64,000 bases of DNA from an uncultured Alphaproteobacteria bacterium (GTDB lineage Bacteria; Pseudomonadota; Alphaproteobacteria; Rhizobiales; Xanthobacteraceae): NCBI GenBank assembly GCA_963729965.1, contig CAVSPX010000003.1, forward strand, positions 15,917 through 79,916. Reading direction: 5' to 3'. The notes under the pieces are model-generated. The model had not been told where the DNA came from. It did no database searches and was given only the letters and a program-made list of their open reading frames with translations. Shown here one piece after another: positions 61,466 through 64,000 of this stretch (positions within the stretch are counted from its first letter, which is position 1; each line of letters begins with the position of its first letter). The translations under genes were made by a program, and so were the position numbers.

Positions 61466-63136
61466 ATGGGTTCCCGTGTACGGCTGAGTGCAGCTGTGGC
61501 CCTGGTGTCTTTCATCACCACGGCGGCCACCGCGCAGGTGATTCCGCCGAGCGAACAGCCGGGACGGGAACGGCAACGCTTCACGCAGCCGCCCTCGCCG
61601 CTGGCACAGCCGGCGGGTCCCACGGTCACGCTGCCCAGCACGGTGGCGCCGAAGGGCGCCGAGGCGGTGTTTGTGCTGGTGCGCGGCGTCAAGATCACCG
61701 GTTCGACTGTGTACCGCGCCAAACAACTTGCTCCGCTGTACCAGGGCCTGGTCGGGCACCGCGTCTCGCTTGCGGCGATCTATGCGCTGGCCCAGGCGAT
61801 CACCTCCAAATACGGCAACGACGGCTACGTGCTGTCGCGCGCCGTGGTGCCGCCGCAGCAGCTCGATCCCAAGGGCGCGATTGTCCAGATCGAAGTGGTC
61901 GAGGGCTACATCGACAAGGTCGAGTGGCCGAAACAGCTGTCGCGCTACTACGATTTCTTCAGCGACTATGCGGCCAGGATCACCGCGCAGCGGCCGGTCA
62001 ACATCCGCACCATCGAGCGCTATCTGCTGCTGGCCGGCGATCTGCCGGGCTTGAAATTCAAGACCAGCCTGCGGCCCTCCAAGGAGCACGTCGGTGCAGC
62101 GACCCTGGTCGTGGAAGTGGCCGAAAAGCGCCTCGACGTCAGCGCCCAACTCGACAACCGCGGCACGTCGGCGCGCGGCCCGCTTGAATATCTCGGCTCG
62201 GCAACGATCAACAATCCGTTCGGGCAGCACGATGCGCTGACCTTCACCTATGCGGGCGCGATCCCGTTCGACGAACTCAATTACGCGGCGTTCGACTACA
62301 AGAAGGTGCTCACCAGCGAAGGGCTGACATTCTTTGCCGACGCCAGCGACGCCTGGGGAACGCCCGGTACGGTGCCGCTGGAGATTCTGCAGTACCGCAC
62401 GCTCGGTCCCTACGGCGACATCGGCCTGTCGTATCCGCTGGTCCGCTCGCGCGAGAAGAATCTCAAACTCTCCGGCCTGTTCTACGGCAGCGACAACGAG
62501 GGCGACGCACTGGGCGCGCCGCTGTCGGACGACCGGCTGCGCGGCTTCCGCGGCAAGGTGGACGCCGATTTCGCCGACGCCACGCAGGCCGTCAACCAGT
62601 TCAACATCACGATCAGCCAGGGCATTGAAGGCCTGGGCAGCACAAGTAACGGCAACCCGCTGGCGTCGCGGCTCGTCGGCCGCGTCGACTACGACAAGAT
62701 CGAATTCACCGGCAGCCGCACCGCGCCGCTGGTCGACAAGTTCTCGGCCTATCTGTCGGTCTACGGCCAGTATGCCGGCACGCCGCTCTTGGTGCCCGAG
62801 CAGTGCGCGTTCGGCGGCCGCTATTTCGGCCGCGCCTTCGATCCGTCGCAGCTTCTTGGCGATTCCTGCCTCGAGGGCATCGGCGAACTGCGCTACGACA
62901 TTGCAAAGCCGCGCTTTGCCAACACCGCGCAGCTCTACGCCTTCACCGATTTCGGCGAGCTCTATACCCGCGATGCGGCGCCGGGCACGCCGTCGAACCA
63001 GCAGGCGGCGTCGGTCGGCGCCGGCGTGCGGCTCGACTGGTTCGACCATGTCGACGCCGATCTGTCCGTTGCCAAGGCGGTTGAGGGCCCGATCAACGAC
63101 GAACGCTTCTTCTTCATCCTGAGCGCGCACAATTGA
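61466..63136 (+). CDS. ShlB/FhaC/HecB-family two-partner-secretion outer-membrane transporter (TpsB)
   Basis: 556 aa. Signal peptide, POTRA region (VRGVKITGSTVY...LAAIYALAQAITSKYGNDGYVLSRAVVPPQ), 16-strand barrel ending ...FFFILSAHN. Confidence 0.9.
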   Translation: MGSRVRLSAAVALVSFITTAATAQVIPPSEQPGRERQRFTQPPSPLAQPAGPTVTLPSTVAPKGAEAVFVLVRGVKITGSTVYRAKQLAPLYQGLVGHRVSLAAIYALAQAITSKYGNDGYVLSRAVVPPQQLDPKGAIVQIEVVEGYIDKVEWPKQLSRYYDFFSDYAARITAQRPVNIRTIERYLLLAGDLPGLKFKTSLRPSKEHVGAATLVVEVAEKRLDVSAQLDNRGTSARGPLEYLGSATINNPFGQHDALTFTYAGAIPFDELNYAAFDYKKVLTSEGLTFFADASDAWGTPGTVPLEILQYRTLGPYGDIGLSYPLVRSREKNLKLSGLFYGSDNEGDALGAPLSDDRLRGFRGKVDADFADATQAVNQFNITISQGIEGLGSTSNGNPLASRLVGRVDYDKIEFTGSRTAPLVDKFSAYLSVYGQYAGTPLLVPEQCAFGGRYFGRAFDPSQLLGDSCLEGIGELRYDIAKPRFANTAQLYAFTDFGELYTRDAAPGTPSNQQAASVGAGVRLDWFDHVDADLSVAKAVEGPINDERFFFILSAHN

Positions 63137-63144
63137 GGCAGGCA

Positions 63145-64000
63145 ATGGCTCAGCGATGGCACCGCGCAATTCTGACGGCCTCGGCCCTCCTGCCGCTCGC
63201 CGCCGCGGCGGCGCTCGCCGGGCCGAACGGCGCCCAAGTGGTCGGCGGCGCCGCCAACATACAGGGCCAGGGCAGCGCCAACGTCGTGGTCAATCAGTCG
63301 ACCCAGAACGCCATCATCAACTGGCAGACCTTCAACATCGGCTCGGGCGAAAAGACGCAAATCTACATGCCGAGTTCGAGCTCGGCCCAGCTCGATCGCG
63401 TCACCGGCGGCCAAGGCCCCTCGCAGATCCTCGGCACGCTGTCGTCGAACGGCAAGGTGTTTCTGGTCAATCCCGACGGCATCCTGTTCGGCATGGGGGC
63501 GCGCATCAATGTCGGCAGCCTGGTGGCGACCACCAGCAACATCGCCAACAGCGATTTCATGGCCGGGCACTACAATTTCAACATCCCCGGCAATCCAAAC
63601 GCCTCGATCGTCAACCTGGGGACGATCACGGCGCAGACCGGCGGCTTCGCCGCACTGGTGGCGCCGGGCGTACGCAACACCGGCACCATCATCGCCAGGC
63701 TCGGCACCATCGCGCTTGCGTCGGGCAACGCGTTCACGCTCGACATGTACGGCGACAATCTGATCACGCTTGGGCTGACCGACAAGATCGCCTCGCAGGT
63801 GATCGACGTCGCCACCGGCAAGCCGCTCAAATCGCTGGTCGAGAACGCGGGCACGCTCAAGGCCAACGGCGGCACCGTGGTGCTGACCGCGGTGGCGGCG
63901 CGCAAGATCGTCGATTCCGTCATCAACAATTCGGGCGTGATCGAAGCCGACACCATCGGCAGCCACAACGGCAAGATCGTGCTCGGCGGCCCGACCGGGA
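63145..64000 (+). CDS. filamentous-haemagglutinin-type TpsA exoprotein, N-terminal TPS domain (continues beyond the window)
   Basis: My translation gives MAQRWHRAILTASALLPLAAAAALAGPNGAQVVGGAANIQGQGSANVVVNQSTQNAIINWQTFNIGSGEKT...LSSNGKVFLVNPDGILFG...NNSGVIEA. Not in the track because no stop is reached. Confidence 0.9.
   Translation, partial: MAQRWHRAILTASALLPLAAAAALAGPNGAQVVGGAANIQGQGSANVVVNQSTQNAIINWQTFNIGSGEKTQIYMPSSSSAQLDRVTGGQGPSQILGTLSSNGKVFLVNPDGILFGMGARINVGSLVATTSNIANSDFMAGHYNFNIPGNPNASIVNLGTITAQTGGFAALVAPGVRNTGTIIARLGTIALASGNAFTLDMYGDNLITLGLTDKIASQVIDVATGKPLKSLVENAGTLKANGGTVVLTAVAARKIVDSVINNSGVIEADTIGSHNGKIVLGGPTG

Noticed and set aside
61367-63169. 600-aa minus-strand ORF antisense to tpsB
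   Set aside because: Same high-GC antisense artefact. It has no recognisable motifs, while the plus-strand product has a signal peptide, POTRA domains and a barrel.

Overview
High-GC alphaproteobacterial chromosomal DNA. Gene content and the interspersed repeat families (GTCATTCCGG...CCGGAATGAC elements; GTCATGGCCGGGC..GTCCCGGCCATCCACGTCTT elements) fit a Bradyrhizobium/Rhodopseudomonas-type (Nitrobacteraceae) genome. All family calls come from reading the translated ORFs for motifs; no database search was possible.

Most of the window is metabolism and housekeeping:
- hbd-etfB-etfA, and the ethylmalonyl-CoA pathway genes ccr and ecm.
- GluQRS, AlkA-like glycosylase, rhomboid protease, PduO-type adenosyltransferase.
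- Two LLM oxidoreductases, UbiD decarboxylase, amidohydrolases, XDH-family Moco subunit, MFS, M20 hydrolase.
- A chemoreceptor and two histidine kinases.

Accessory or unusual content:
- A DyP-peroxidase/encapsulin operon with a clear cargo-targeting peptide.
- Three tandem GT87 (DUF2029) membrane glycosyltransferase paralogs sitting between ccr and ecm.
- An ECF sigma/anti-sigma pair followed by a 718-aa secreted SGNH-type hydrolase.
- An 805-aa beta-helix plus 6-bladed FG-GAP propeller protein.
- Two toxin-antitoxin loci and one orphan antitoxin.
- An AT-rich island remnant (HTH-ImmA/IrrE, truncated DUF4411) fused to a truncated higB.
- An IS256-family element with intact inverted repeats and a 9-bp target duplication, 95 bp upstream of a two-partner secretion operon (tpsB, then tpsA running off the window).
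- An orphan tadE/tadE/tadG-vWA trio.

No rRNA, tRNA or CRISPR array was recognised.

Four frame disruptions affect three genes. Three sit in short homopolymers and the fourth has no obvious run. Assembly error is therefore a serious alternative to true pseudogenisation. One of them coincides with a canonical U_UUU_UUA slippery heptamer in the correct phase.
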